NCBI GenBank assembly: GCA_024281015.1
Contig: JAMXLL010000181.1
Location: 1-50,361, forward strand
DNA: 50,361 nt
Reading direction: 5' to 3'
DNA from: Candidatus Binataceae bacterium
GTDB lineage: Bacteria > Desulfobacterota > Binatia > Binatales > Binataceae
This document shows, one piece after another, positions 39,337 to 48,987 of the stretch (position 1 is the first letter of the stretch; each line of letters begins with the position of its first letter). Under the pieces are notes generated by a model. The model worked only from the letters and a program-made list of their open reading frames with translations, was not told the DNA's origin and did no database searches. Both the position numbers and the translations under genes were made by a program.

Positions 39337-39807
39337 CTTTTTCCACCTCCAACCCCATTCGGCGCTTGAAGGTGCTAGAACTGTGCCATGTAATCGTTTG
39401 CCGGATCTGAGCTCCGGAAAGCGGGGAATCGCACAGTTCTTCGATATATATGCGGAACACGGGACTGGTTTGTCCCCGTAGGTGCCGCGAAGCGTCTGCG
39501 GGCAATGAACTCCGTCGCTACTCCAGGACGGTGTCCAAGACCGCTGCCATTACGTTCGCGGTGCTCAATGCGTTACGATGACAGGGAGTCAGCGCGCTTC
39601 TGAAGTTTGCGCGGCGCGAGACCAGTAGGTGTCCCGTGAATAGCTTGCATCCACAGCGAACCGGTACGCGTATCCTGTGCAGTATGCAGATTGAGGCTAC
39701 ATGCGATACGTATTACGCGGTCCGATTTCCGGGTGCGAACTGGCTAATCTCGGCTAAGCAGCTTTTTTAAAGTTAAAAAACTATTCGAGAAGTTTCCCCA
39801 TTACAAA

Positions 39808-40329
39808 ATGAGACGAACAACTTTGGCGTTGGTCGTGTGTGTGCAAATCACGGCGGTCGCTTACGTTGCGGTATCGAGGGCGGCTTCTTTGTCATCGATG
39901 TCGCTACCTGCAGGACAGCGTGCCGACACCTTTCTCCATTCGATCTATGACCGCTACGTCGGACCACAGAACAAGGCGCCCGTTATCGACTACACACAAC
40001 AGCACGAACTTCAACGTTATTTCGATCCTTCGCTCGCCAAAATCATCGCCGATGATTCCGCGCGTGCGGCAAAGACGGGAGACGTAGGAACGCTGGATGG
40101 TGATCCATTTATCGACGCTCAGGATTGGAACATCAGTTCATTCGATATACAGGTAACCCCCATTGATGCCAATCACGCTAACTCTGTTGTGAGGTTCGAT
40201 AACACCGGACAGGCCAGGCTTCTTCGTCTGCAGCTTGTCCGCATTTCAGGCCTCTGGAAAATTCACGATATCGACTACGGTGGCGAACAAGGCACGTTGC
40301 GCGGCCTGTTCAAAGTCGGGAATCGCTAG
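39808..40329 (+). CDS. DUF3828 (YbjP/YqhG-like) exported protein
   Basis: Signal peptide, then IYDRY...YFDPSLA...LDGDPFIDAQDW...WKIHDI. Confidence 0.8.
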   Translation: MRRTTLALVVCVQITAVAYVAVSRAASLSSMSLPAGQRADTFLHSIYDRYVGPQNKAPVIDYTQQHELQRYFDPSLAKIIADDSARAAKTGDVGTLDGDPFIDAQDWNISSFDIQVTPIDANHANSVVRFDNTGQARLLRLQLVRISGLWKIHDIDYGGEQGTLRGLFKVGNR

Positions 40330-40455
40330 CATCCTGAGGCCTTAACGTGTGACGCTCCGGGCGCGATGAAGGAGTGGGTCTTCACTTCTCACGCCCATGG
40401 TTTCGGTGCGCGTTGTCGGCAGTTTATCGTGCTCGTTAAGCTATATCTGAGCGAT

Positions 40456-41625
40456 CTAACCCGCACCGATCATATCGGTGAAATTCGCGGCGTAAAACCG
40501 TTGCTTGGCTGTCTCACCAATGCCGGCCATTGACTGCTCAAAACGCTTGAGCGGATTCCGCCCGCCCTCAATATGAGGATAGTCCGATGAAAATAGGAAG
40601 AGCTCGTCACCGGCGTGCTCAATGATCCATCCGACCGGCTCGGTCGGATGAGGAGTGAACTTGATTTGCCGCCGAATGTACTCGGAGGCCTTGAGAGGCA
40701 GTTTCAGATAGGGCTCACTGCGAGCGAAGACCTGCTGAGCGATATCGAGGCGCTTCATCCACGGCACTACCCATAACGCGCCCAGTTCGATTACACCGCA
40801 TCGCAAACGCGGGAAGCGGTCGAAAATTCCGTCGAGCACCATCGCGCTAAGAAAAGCTTCGGCCGCCACGTGCAGAATCATGAAGTCCTTGGAATCGAGA
40901 TCCTCGCCGCCGCCCAGCCATCCGGTTTTCTCCATGCGGCCATTGTTGCGATATTCGTCAGACATCGGACGGTGGCCGGCGCCCGGGATCTGACCGGCGC
41001 CGACGTGTAGCATGAATGGCACGTCGGCTTCTTGAAGGCGCGCCCAGATTCGATCAAAGTCTGGATGGCTCGGTGCGCGACGGCGGGCAGGCGCGGCTGG
41101 AATCCAAAAAGTTCTGCAGCCGAGGCGAAGTCCTTCTTCAATCTCCTGTTCAGCCATTTCAGCGTTGTCAAGCGGGAGGAAACCAACCGCGATCAGCCGC
41201 TGGTCGTTGCGGCAAAAGTCGCTGATCGCACGGCTCAAGGCGCGTGTGCCGCCATACAGGAGCTCCAGATCGTTCTCACGTTGCTGATAGAGTCCCCAAA
41301 ACTGGCTCATCGCCAGGCTCGGAAAGACCAGTTGTCGGTTGAAGCCTAGCAGGTCGAGCGCGCGGCTCCGCTCGGCGGAATTGAAGGCACCGAGCGCTGC
41401 CCATCCTTTAAGCGACATCAGATTCTTTTCGATCTCGACTTGCTCCCAATGGTCGGGACCCATTCTGCCGCTTTGCAGGTGCTCGACCATGTTGCCTGCT
41501 TTGGAGAGATCAAGCGGCTTCAGCAATGCTCGCGTGCGCGCGTCCGCATAATCGGCCATCCAGTTCGTCGTTTCCATTAGGTGGGCGTCAGCGTCGTTGT
41601 AGATACGGCCTTCAGCGTATGGCAT
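40456..41625 (-). CDS. Amidohydrolase_2 family protein
   Basis: DADAHLME, LHVG, IELGALWV and FSSDYPHIEGG motifs. GGAGA SD before MPYAEG. Confidence 0.88.
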   Translation of the reverse strand: MPYAEGRIYNDADAHLMETTNWMADYADARTRALLKPLDLSKAGNMVEHLQSGRMGPDHWEQVEIEKNLMSLKGWAALGAFNSAERSRALDLLGFNRQLVFPSLAMSQFWGLYQQRENDLELLYGGTRALSRAISDFCRNDQRLIAVGFLPLDNAEMAEQEIEEGLRLGCRTFWIPAAPARRRAPSHPDFDRIWARLQEADVPFMLHVGAGQIPGAGHRPMSDEYRNNGRMEKTGWLGGGEDLDSKDFMILHVAAEAFLSAMVLDGIFDRFPRLRCGVIELGALWVVPWMKRLDIAQQVFARSEPYLKLPLKASEYIRRQIKFTPHPTEPVGWIIEHAGDELFLFSSDYPHIEGGRNPLKRFEQSMAGIGETAKQRFYAANFTDMIGAG

Positions 41626-42188
41626 TTCTATGTGTCTCCAGTAGCTGCAATCTGATCGGCGGAACATGCGTTCATGCGAAATGATGCCTAATTTACCACA
41701 AAGGCAAGCCCGAAGAGCGAGGCACCACCAGCCATTACCGGTGGTTTACTGACCTCCGTTGAGAGACAGATCGCTGGGAGACCAGATTTATGTCTGACCG
41801 ATGACCGATCGGCAGTGCACAAGCAGAGCCTCGTTACTCCACGTTTGAGAGTTCCGGTTGCCGCAGAATGCGGCGCCCGCCGGGCTAGGCGCGAACGCGG
41901 CGTGAACTGGCCGTCGACAATAAGACTCAGCTCAGCTTATTGGGGTCTTACAGGATCGATCTGAACGGTCGGCAGGCCGCATATAGGAGGGCCGCTGAGT
42001 GCGTCCAGCATCGCTGAACGCTGATACAAAAGGAATCAGGCGCGGGAAGGCTTGCTGAGTTGAGTGAAGGTCGTGAGAGCTTGAACAAGATGCCGACGAG
42101 ATTTCGCAACCATGTCTCTTGATGGGCGGGGAAGGGACGGCTGATCTACAAGGTTAGCCAGATTGCGCGGCCAGAGCAGGAGCGATGC

Positions 42189-43046
42189 TCAGCGTACCGC
42201 GGCGAGTGCGAGCTTATTGCCCCATCGACCAACGGCGAAATTTACAATCGCGAACGCGACGGTGAACCCGCCAAATAGCAGCGAATGATCAAACCAGCGA
42301 AACGATCCAGACGGACGATGCGGATAATACATTAAGGTCCGCTTCCAGCGAACTTCGTGATAACCAGAAGCTAGCAGTATCCCGGCGACCCGGGCTGCGA
42401 CGAGACGCTTCACCTCGTTGCCGGCCTCCTCAAAGTCTACGGCCATGCCGAGCCGTACGGCGAGTCGAGTTAACGTCGCATCGGCAGGTTCGAGAATCAA
42501 TACCCCCTGGAGTGCGAGCCGCGCCATTTCACTTATGGCGCGCTCCGGCTGTCCCAGGTGATGAAGGCCATCGTGCACCGCAACAATATCGAAGCTGCCA
42601 TCAGTGAACGGCAGGTTCTCGGCATCGGCGAGCAGGAAGCGTGCGGCAAACCCATAGCGCCGTGCACGTTCCCGAGCGCGCGCCAGTGCAGCCGCGGAGA
42701 AATCGATAGCAGTAACCGAGGCTCCGGCGCCTGCGAGTTTCTCAGTAAACATACCCGAACCGCAGCACACTTCGAGCACGGAAAATCCGGCCAGTCCAAA
42801 GCCTAGTGTGCGTATCCCAGTGCGGAATTTGTGTTCGATCAGAAAGTCGTACAATCGTCCACAACCGTGCGGCCGTGCAATCTCGAAGTCCGGGTCGCAT
42901 TGCTCCTCGTAGAATACAAGTTGACGCCCACGAGCAACGTCGCAATCACTGACCCATTCTTCACTTTCCGGAAGCTTGGCGGCAGGCTGGTTCGGCAACG
43001 ATTGGACCTTTTCTAGCTTTATGTGCTTCATGCTCAAGCTGAGCAC
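42189..43046 (-). CDS. Class I SAM-dependent methyltransferase
   Basis: VLEVCCGSG, IDFS, ADAENLPFTDGSFD and GLHHL motifs. Confidence 0.85.
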   Translation of the reverse strand: MLSLSMKHIKLEKVQSLPNQPAAKLPESEEWVSDCDVARGRQLVFYEEQCDPDFEIARPHGCGRLYDFLIEHKFRTGIRTLGFGLAGFSVLEVCCGSGMFTEKLAGAGASVTAIDFSAAALARARERARRYGFAARFLLADAENLPFTDGSFDIVAVHDGLHHLGQPERAISEMARLALQGVLILEPADATLTRLAVRLGMAVDFEEAGNEVKRLVAARVAGILLASGYHEVRWKRTLMYYPHRPSGSFRWFDHSLLFGGFTVAFAIVNFAVGRWGNKLALAAVR

Positions 43047-43141
43047 GATGGCGGGTAACGACTAACCGACTGGAAACTGCGAGCCGTTCCGATCTGGGTT
43101 ACGGAGCATACCGAAACGCCCAGGGAACCGACGGTTCTCTG

Positions 43142-43948
43142 CTAATTACCGTTTTTTGGAACTTCAGGCTTTCGAAAACATCCGAGAATGCACGCTCGAA
43201 ATCCCTCAAGCGCCCTGATGCGATTGACGAATCTCTCGTATGTTACTCCCATCAGGAATGATGGAACGGAAAACATCAGATAACTTGGTTCGGGTTCCAC
43301 CATCAGCAGTTGCTGTTCTGTGAAGCCGACACGACTGAGGCACTGCCGCACCGCCCGCCGAGTATTCATGCGATAGTGTGTAGGAAATGGGGCATTCTTG
43401 TCAGGTGGAAGGCCGCGAGCCCGGTTTGCTACCAATTCGTGAAACCAATGGGGGGTAACGGAAGCGAGCGCATAGCTATAGTGGCGAATATTTCCGGTGC
43501 GGAAAGCGAACAGTCCCGAGGATTTCAGCACTCGAAACACTTCCGATGCGATTGCAGCAGGTTGTGCAAAATGCTCGACTGCCCAGTCGCTGATCACCAT
43601 TTCAAAGCTCTCGGATCGAAATGGCAGAGCTTGGGCCAAGCCGCGAACACCGTGATCTATGGTGGCATTGTCCTGGATGCTGCAGTCGCAATCGATGCCA
43701 ACAACCGCCCGGATAGCTCCTCGAAAGTTAATCGACCCTTCTTTGCCGGAACCCGCACCCAGATCCAAAATCCGATATTCAGGCCGCAAGTGACTTTTAA
43801 CCAGGTTGGCAAACTGGGAGGTCCCATCAATCCACGCGGGCCGACTATCGTAGAATCGGTAGGTTAAGGCGCTCACCGAAAATTGCCTGTCACTTGAATC
43901 GAGGCTGGTGCGACGCACGCAACTCAATCGAGTTGGGGCTAGTTTCAA
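43142..43948 (-). CDS. Class I SAM-dependent methyltransferase
   Basis: ILDLGAGSG, LPFRSESFE, VEHF and EVFRVLKSSG motifs. Confidence 0.85.
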   Translation of the reverse strand: MKLAPTRLSCVRRTSLDSSDRQFSVSALTYRFYDSRPAWIDGTSQFANLVKSHLRPEYRILDLGAGSGKEGSINFRGAIRAVVGIDCDCSIQDNATIDHGVRGLAQALPFRSESFEMVISDWAVEHFAQPAAIASEVFRVLKSSGLFAFRTGNIRHYSYALASVTPHWFHELVANRARGLPPDKNAPFPTHYRMNTRRAVRQCLSRVGFTEQQLLMVEPEPSYLMFSVPSFLMGVTYERFVNRIRALEGFRACILGCFRKPEVPKNGN

Positions 43949-45177
43949 GAGTCCGTACCGGCTAAGGGCCGTGTTCTGTTGGATATCCGAGACGGCGCCG
44001 GGCGTAGGTTGGCGCCAAGTATCTCAGAGTAAAGAGTGGCAAGAGCAGCCGCAGTGTTTCCCCATCCGAACCCGCGCGCATACTCGAGGCCAGACTCTGC
44101 GAGTGCGTAACGCAAATCAACGTTCGATATTACCCGGCAGATCGCATCGGCGATATCAGATGGATCATCGGCAATCAGGCCAGCCCCACACCGAGCGATG
44201 TCACTGGAAAGCTGCACCCCGGAGGAAATTACCACAGGCAGCCGGCATGCCATCGCCTCGAACATTGCGACAGCGAAATTCTCGCTGTGGGAGGGAAGCA
44301 CGAAAACGTCGGCATCCGCCAGTAGCTCAAGCTTGTTCACCCCATAGACGAAGCCGGTGAACAGCGTGCACTGGGAGATGCCGTAGTCTTCGGCCCAGCG
44401 CTCAACCAGACTCCGGTAGGCGGGCGGGTCGCCCCCGCCAGCCATCACCAGGCGGGCGTCCGGGCGCACCACCAAAACCTTCTTGAACGCCTGAAGAAGC
44501 CGGTCCAGCCCTTTTTTCTCAGCTAAACGCCCAAGATAGAGGACTATTGGACAACCAGAGCCGTTGAGGAACTGCGCGCGAAAGCTGCCTCGCTCGGGAA
44601 GTACTGCGAACGACGAGAGATTTATCGCCCAAGGGACAATTGCCGATGGCGCGCGGATTCCCAGCGGCCGCGCTGCTTCGTATTCGGCCGGCGTTGAATA
44701 CACGATAGCCGACGCGGCATTGAGAGCCCTCCGTATCAACATCGAATCGACGACGAGCTTCTTTGCTCTGCTCTTACGTCTCTGGACAGGGGCCAAGACG
44801 TCATGAGTGGTGACCACGTAGGGGATCTTAAATCGACGGGCAAGTATCAGTCCGGCAACTATGGGAAAGCTGTAGAGGGAGTTGAGATGGACAATATCGA
44901 ACCGCGAAATATTCACTGCCAGCCAGCGAAGCAATGCGGGCGAAAATTGAAATCGCTTAGTGGCAAACACGGGAAATGCCATTCGCGAATATCCCCGCTC
45001 CCGATCGCCTATTGGCGGTAGGACACGCTCAGGATTATCGATTCCCGAACGATAAGCGGTGGCCAGCATCACAAAACAACCACGCGCCGCAAGCGCCCGG
45101 CACAGGTCGTCCAAACCAACCCCAAGACCATACCAGGCAGGCCCTACCCCGGGAGTAAGATGCAGTACCTTTGTCAT
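43945..45177 (-). CDS. Glycosyltransferase family 4
   Basis: YLGRLAEKKG and FVLPSHSENFAVAMFEAMAC (E-x7-E). The start may instead be 45210. Confidence 0.9.
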   Translation of the reverse strand: MTKVLHLTPGVGPAWYGLGVGLDDLCRALAARGCFVMLATAYRSGIDNPERVLPPIGDRERGYSRMAFPVFATKRFQFSPALLRWLAVNISRFDIVHLNSLYSFPIVAGLILARRFKIPYVVTTHDVLAPVQRRKSRAKKLVVDSMLIRRALNAASAIVYSTPAEYEAARPLGIRAPSAIVPWAINLSSFAVLPERGSFRAQFLNGSGCPIVLYLGRLAEKKGLDRLLQAFKKVLVVRPDARLVMAGGGDPPAYRSLVERWAEDYGISQCTLFTGFVYGVNKLELLADADVFVLPSHSENFAVAMFEAMACRLPVVISSGVQLSSDIARCGAGLIADDPSDIADAICRVISNVDLRYALAESGLEYARGFGWGNTAAALATLYSEILGANLRPAPSRISNRTRPLAGTDS

Positions 45178-45246
45178 TCTCTGCTTTTCAGGGGATGGCT
45201 GCACAGGCACCGCACCGACGGTTTGATGGGAGGCTTGAAACTGCGG

Positions 45247-46335
45247 CTAAGAAGCCGAAGCTTGCTCACGCAAACCGGGCAGCCGCACTGCTGATACATG
45301 TGCGCGCAGGTGGGCATGAAAGGAGGAGGCGAGCTTCGAGACTGTCCATAAGCCCGCGATTTCAGTGCCCGTTTGTGACATAGAATTTAGCGTTTCTTCA
45401 GAGGCCTCTGAGATGCGGGCCATGGCGCTTGCAATTTCGTCTGGTCGAGGCCGAACAACGTAGCCATTTACTCCATCATGTATGTAGCTAGCCGCTGCAC
45501 CACACTTGCAACTTGCTATGATCGGCAGTCCAGCGGCTGCTGCCTCCTGGATCACGACTCCCCAGGGCTCCACCAAACTGGGCAAAACAAGACATCGTGC
45601 CGCCTTCATCACGGCTGGCAGTTCAGCAGGTTGAACAAAGCCAAGCATGCGAAGTCCTGACATTCCCAGCATCTGTGCGCTGAGCGGTCCGGTACCGACG
45701 ACTTTAAGATGCCATGGGTTTTTAACTAGCTTTCGATAGAGTTGGTAGGCCTCAACAAGCCCGGCAATGTTCTTCGCTTGCACCAGCCTCCCAACGAACA
45801 AAAACGAACGCTCACGCTGAATAATGGGAACAGTGTTGCGGAAGCAGTCCACATCTGCCGCAGCATAGCCGTATAGCACATTATTGTAGCCCAGCTTGCG
45901 TGCGAATTTCGCCTGGCTACTACCCGGAACCAGAAAGGTATCGATGCACGGCCGTAGATAGAAAGGAGAAGCGATAATACCCAGATATTGCTTCGCTCTG
46001 CCGCACCATTGATTATCCATAGCGGAAACCACGTGTACACCTCTCTGGCGAAGCGCGCGGGCGATCTGCATAAAATGCCGGTAGTTCCAGGAGATCATCA
46101 GCATCGCATCCGGCCTGAACCCCGCGATGGCCGGCTCAAGCTGGCCTCGTATTTCTGGCGAGTCTTGAAGCACTGAATTACAAAAGGACAGATCGAAAGA
46201 GGCATAAGGGGCGTCGGCGCTGGCTGTCTGATAAATTAACTGAATTCTGACGTCATGCGAGAGCGCCAGTTCGCGAAAAAAAGCGACACTGTAACCTGCA
46301 AGAGCACTCCACAGGACGCTGAGCTTGAGCGACAC
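45247..46335 (-). CDS. Glycosyltransferase family 4
   Basis: FVGRLVQAKN and LVLPSLVEPWGVVIQEAAAAGLP motifs. Confidence 0.9.
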   Translation of the reverse strand: MSLKLSVLWSALAGYSVAFFRELALSHDVRIQLIYQTASADAPYASFDLSFCNSVLQDSPEIRGQLEPAIAGFRPDAMLMISWNYRHFMQIARALRQRGVHVVSAMDNQWCGRAKQYLGIIASPFYLRPCIDTFLVPGSSQAKFARKLGYNNVLYGYAAADVDCFRNTVPIIQRERSFLFVGRLVQAKNIAGLVEAYQLYRKLVKNPWHLKVVGTGPLSAQMLGMSGLRMLGFVQPAELPAVMKAARCLVLPSLVEPWGVVIQEAAAAGLPIIASCKCGAAASYIHDGVNGYVVRPRPDEIASAMARISEASEETLNSMSQTGTEIAGLWTVSKLASSFHAHLRAHVSAVRLPGLREQASAS

Positions 46336-46361
46336 TATAGCGAACAGGCTAGGATCTTAGG

Positions 46362-47585
46362 TCAACTATAGTTGGCGCTATCGGCTTCGCGCGGTTCGCT
46401 CATTCCGCCCTTCCTGGATGGCATCCTTTCTCCGTGATGAAGTAGCGAGGAATAGAGTCGTCGTAATCGCTGGAAGTAGATCTCCCAGCTCAGCTCTGAG
46501 CGAGCCTTGTCCACCGCGGCGCACGCCATCTCCTTACGTGCTTCTTCATTTCGATACAGAAATTCCAGCCGTTCTGCGATAGCTTCAGGGCAGCGAATCG
46601 GAACTAGGAAACCGTCACGCTGATGGCTGATAATCTCCCCGCCGCCAGCGTTTACCGTGGTAATAACGGGCAGCGCACAGGCTAGCGCCTCACCGATTAC
46701 ATAACCGAAACCGTCCTCTATACTGGGCAGCACGAATACGGAGGAGCGAGCGTATTCTTTCGGCAATTCATGATTTGGAACGAACGGTATGTGACGAAAC
46801 ATACCAGCGTATCGTCGTAAGATACTACTCATCTCGTATGAGACCGCGCCGATGAATAGGAGCTCGGCATTGCGTAGGCGAAGCTTCTTCCAGGCCTCGA
46901 GCAGGTATAAGTGGCCCTTGCGAAGTGACAGCTGTGCGACACAGATAACCCTGAACGGCCGACCGGATCCCATTCCGTTAGAGAGCGGTTTGAAACGGCT
47001 TAAATCAACTCCATAAGGAATCACCCTGGTCCTGGCCGGGTCGAACCCATGCTGCACGAACGAATCTCGCACCATCCGGGAGGGTGTCAACAAAAAATCT
47101 GCAAGCGCTGCTTCTGCAATCTGTAGCTGCTGCGTCTTGTGCATCGTTGGGCGCCTCATTCCCCAACGTTCGCTTTCTTCGCATAATAGTTGGTAAAGAT
47201 CTTCGGGATGCCGGTTAACGGGTTCTCCTATGACCACGGCACCCTCGCGCTTGGCACGTCTTATCAGTCGGTGGGCGGTTCCATGAAGCATGACATGCAG
47301 CAGACCGCAGGAATTCCATCTCTGCAGTACACCTATTTGCCAGAGCTGAGAATAGAATGGGGCCAGCTGCGGGACTAACCAGCCGTTAGTTAGTTGAGCG
47401 TGCAGCCGAATAAGGTATTCCTTTGGCCAGCAATTTATTGCCCGGCCGGAAGCGATACCGAGGCGGCGCCCACTGGTGCGGATGCTGTGGGAGTAGTAAA
47501 AACGGTTCAGCAAGCCGGCCTGGTCAACATAGCGAACGTAGTTATGGTAGTGAAACTTGCCACATACTGCGATGTTCAACTTCAT
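46362..47585 (-). CDS. Glycosyltransferase family 4
   Basis: PYGVDLSRF, RKG and FVLPSIEDGFGYVIGEALAC motifs. Confidence 0.9.
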   Translation of the reverse strand: MKLNIAVCGKFHYHNYVRYVDQAGLLNRFYYSHSIRTSGRRLGIASGRAINCWPKEYLIRLHAQLTNGWLVPQLAPFYSQLWQIGVLQRWNSCGLLHVMLHGTAHRLIRRAKREGAVVIGEPVNRHPEDLYQLLCEESERWGMRRPTMHKTQQLQIAEAALADFLLTPSRMVRDSFVQHGFDPARTRVIPYGVDLSRFKPLSNGMGSGRPFRVICVAQLSLRKGHLYLLEAWKKLRLRNAELLFIGAVSYEMSSILRRYAGMFRHIPFVPNHELPKEYARSSVFVLPSIEDGFGYVIGEALACALPVITTVNAGGGEIISHQRDGFLVPIRCPEAIAERLEFLYRNEEARKEMACAAVDKARSELSWEIYFQRLRRLYSSLLHHGERMPSRKGGMSEPREADSANYS

Positions 47586-48934
47586 ACTATCCGTGGATCA
47601 AGTGGCTTGTTAGCGGCTATGCAAAACCCAACAAACATCCACGCATAACCGTTAACTGTTCCGTGACCTGTGATTTGGCCGTACAGAAGCACTCCGCCGA
47701 TAAAGCCAATTATCAGGAGCGGAAGTGGTTCGTACTTCCGCCTGGCCGTCGCTACCGCGCTCGCCAGCAGGGATATGACCAGTAATACTCTGAAAGCGAT
47801 GAAGGCGCATCCCAACACGGAGCCAAGATCCACAATATTACGAGACCAATCGTCTTCTGCAGCAACCGGAATACTTATGCCAATGCCGGTCCCCGCGTTG
47901 CCGCCCCTCCCCAAGCCATAGCCAAGCAGAGGAGTCTCAGGAAGCAGATCCACAAAATGAGTAAAGTCTCCGAACGCGCGATTCACGATCCCGTAACTGT
48001 ACCAATCATCCCCTTCCGCGGCGCCGGCGGCCCGAACTGAGAGTGCCATAAGCTGTTCGGGAAAAAGGATGGGCATCGTAACTGCCCCTGCTATTGTGAC
48101 ACAAGCAACCATTCGTAACACCCGGCGGCGGTCGTAGCGACGCGGTAGCAACGCAGTACAAGCAAATGCGGCCGATAAGATCAGCAGACCCAGCACAAAG
48201 GCCGCCCGATGACCGCCCACCGCGAGATTCACCGACACGGCCATTGTAACTACTGCGAGCATCACCCCGCGCAGCGGTCGCCTCTCCCGGGGCAGAATCC
48301 ATACCCACAGAATCATCGCAAGGAGACTGCCGATAAACAGCACTTGCCCCACGTTGGAGCTAAACGTGCCACTGGTTCTGACAAAGCCTAAAGCCACCCC
48401 CAGGGGGGCAAAACTGTTATCTGGATCATCCGCCACACCTGCATTGAGAACGCTGTTTGCCGGAGCGGACGCTTGCAGGATCGACAGATACGCTATCGGA
48501 ATCGAGAAGACGAGCGTGTACCTTGTGAGACGGAGTAGATCTTCTTTTTTAAAGCATTGCCCGATCACGAACGGAAGCGGGATATAAAAAAAATATTGGC
48601 GCCATCCATAAACTGAGAGCAGGAGAGCTGTATTACTGGAGATTGTGCCGTTCACAATCTGGAGTAGCAGTAGCAGCCCACCGAGCCACATCCATGTAAT
48701 AGCAGCAATCATCCAGAACTGCTGTCGAGGAAAGATTCGGTACTTGAGGCATAGACAATAGATTGCCAACACAAACGGATCGCGCAAAAAAAAGAGTTCT
48801 TGATGGTATTGAGGCAAAACCCATTTCCGGAACGCACCTTCGAGTATCAGCAACCAATAAACGACAAAAATTAGCGTAACAATCCGGCGGCGATGGAGCT
48901 CTAATCGAGCCGAAGTTACCCTATGAGAGCACAA
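47582..48934 (-). CDS. Multi-pass membrane protein, probable polysaccharide polymerase/O-antigen ligase-like
   Basis: About 10 TM segments, LEGAFRKW, RTSGTFS and PLLGYGLG. Embedded among GT4 genes. Confidence 0.65.
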   Translation of the reverse strand: MCSHRVTSARLELHRRRIVTLIFVVYWLLILEGAFRKWVLPQYHQELFFLRDPFVLAIYCLCLKYRIFPRQQFWMIAAITWMWLGGLLLLLQIVNGTISSNTALLLSVYGWRQYFFYIPLPFVIGQCFKKEDLLRLTRYTLVFSIPIAYLSILQASAPANSVLNAGVADDPDNSFAPLGVALGFVRTSGTFSSNVGQVLFIGSLLAMILWVWILPRERRPLRGVMLAVVTMAVSVNLAVGGHRAAFVLGLLILSAAFACTALLPRRYDRRRVLRMVACVTIAGAVTMPILFPEQLMALSVRAAGAAEGDDWYSYGIVNRAFGDFTHFVDLLPETPLLGYGLGRGGNAGTGIGISIPVAAEDDWSRNIVDLGSVLGCAFIAFRVLLVISLLASAVATARRKYEPLPLLIIGFIGGVLLYGQITGHGTVNGYAWMFVGFCIAANKPLDPRIV

Positions 48935-48987
48935 TTGGACGGCGTCTGCTGTAATATCAAAGTTTGAATTCGTAAATTGACTCTATC

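Noticed and set aside
41700-42180. Several short hairpins in the spacer between the amidohydrolase and the methyltransferase
   Set aside because: Stems of 4-6 bp are expected by chance at this GC content, and no RNA family motif was recognised.
43062-43109. 15-codon ORF (MLRNPDRNGSQFPVG) in frame with the downstream methyltransferase across a TAG
   Set aside because: Too short, and it lacks the Cys pattern of a Trm112-like module. There is no support for readthrough or a pseudogene.
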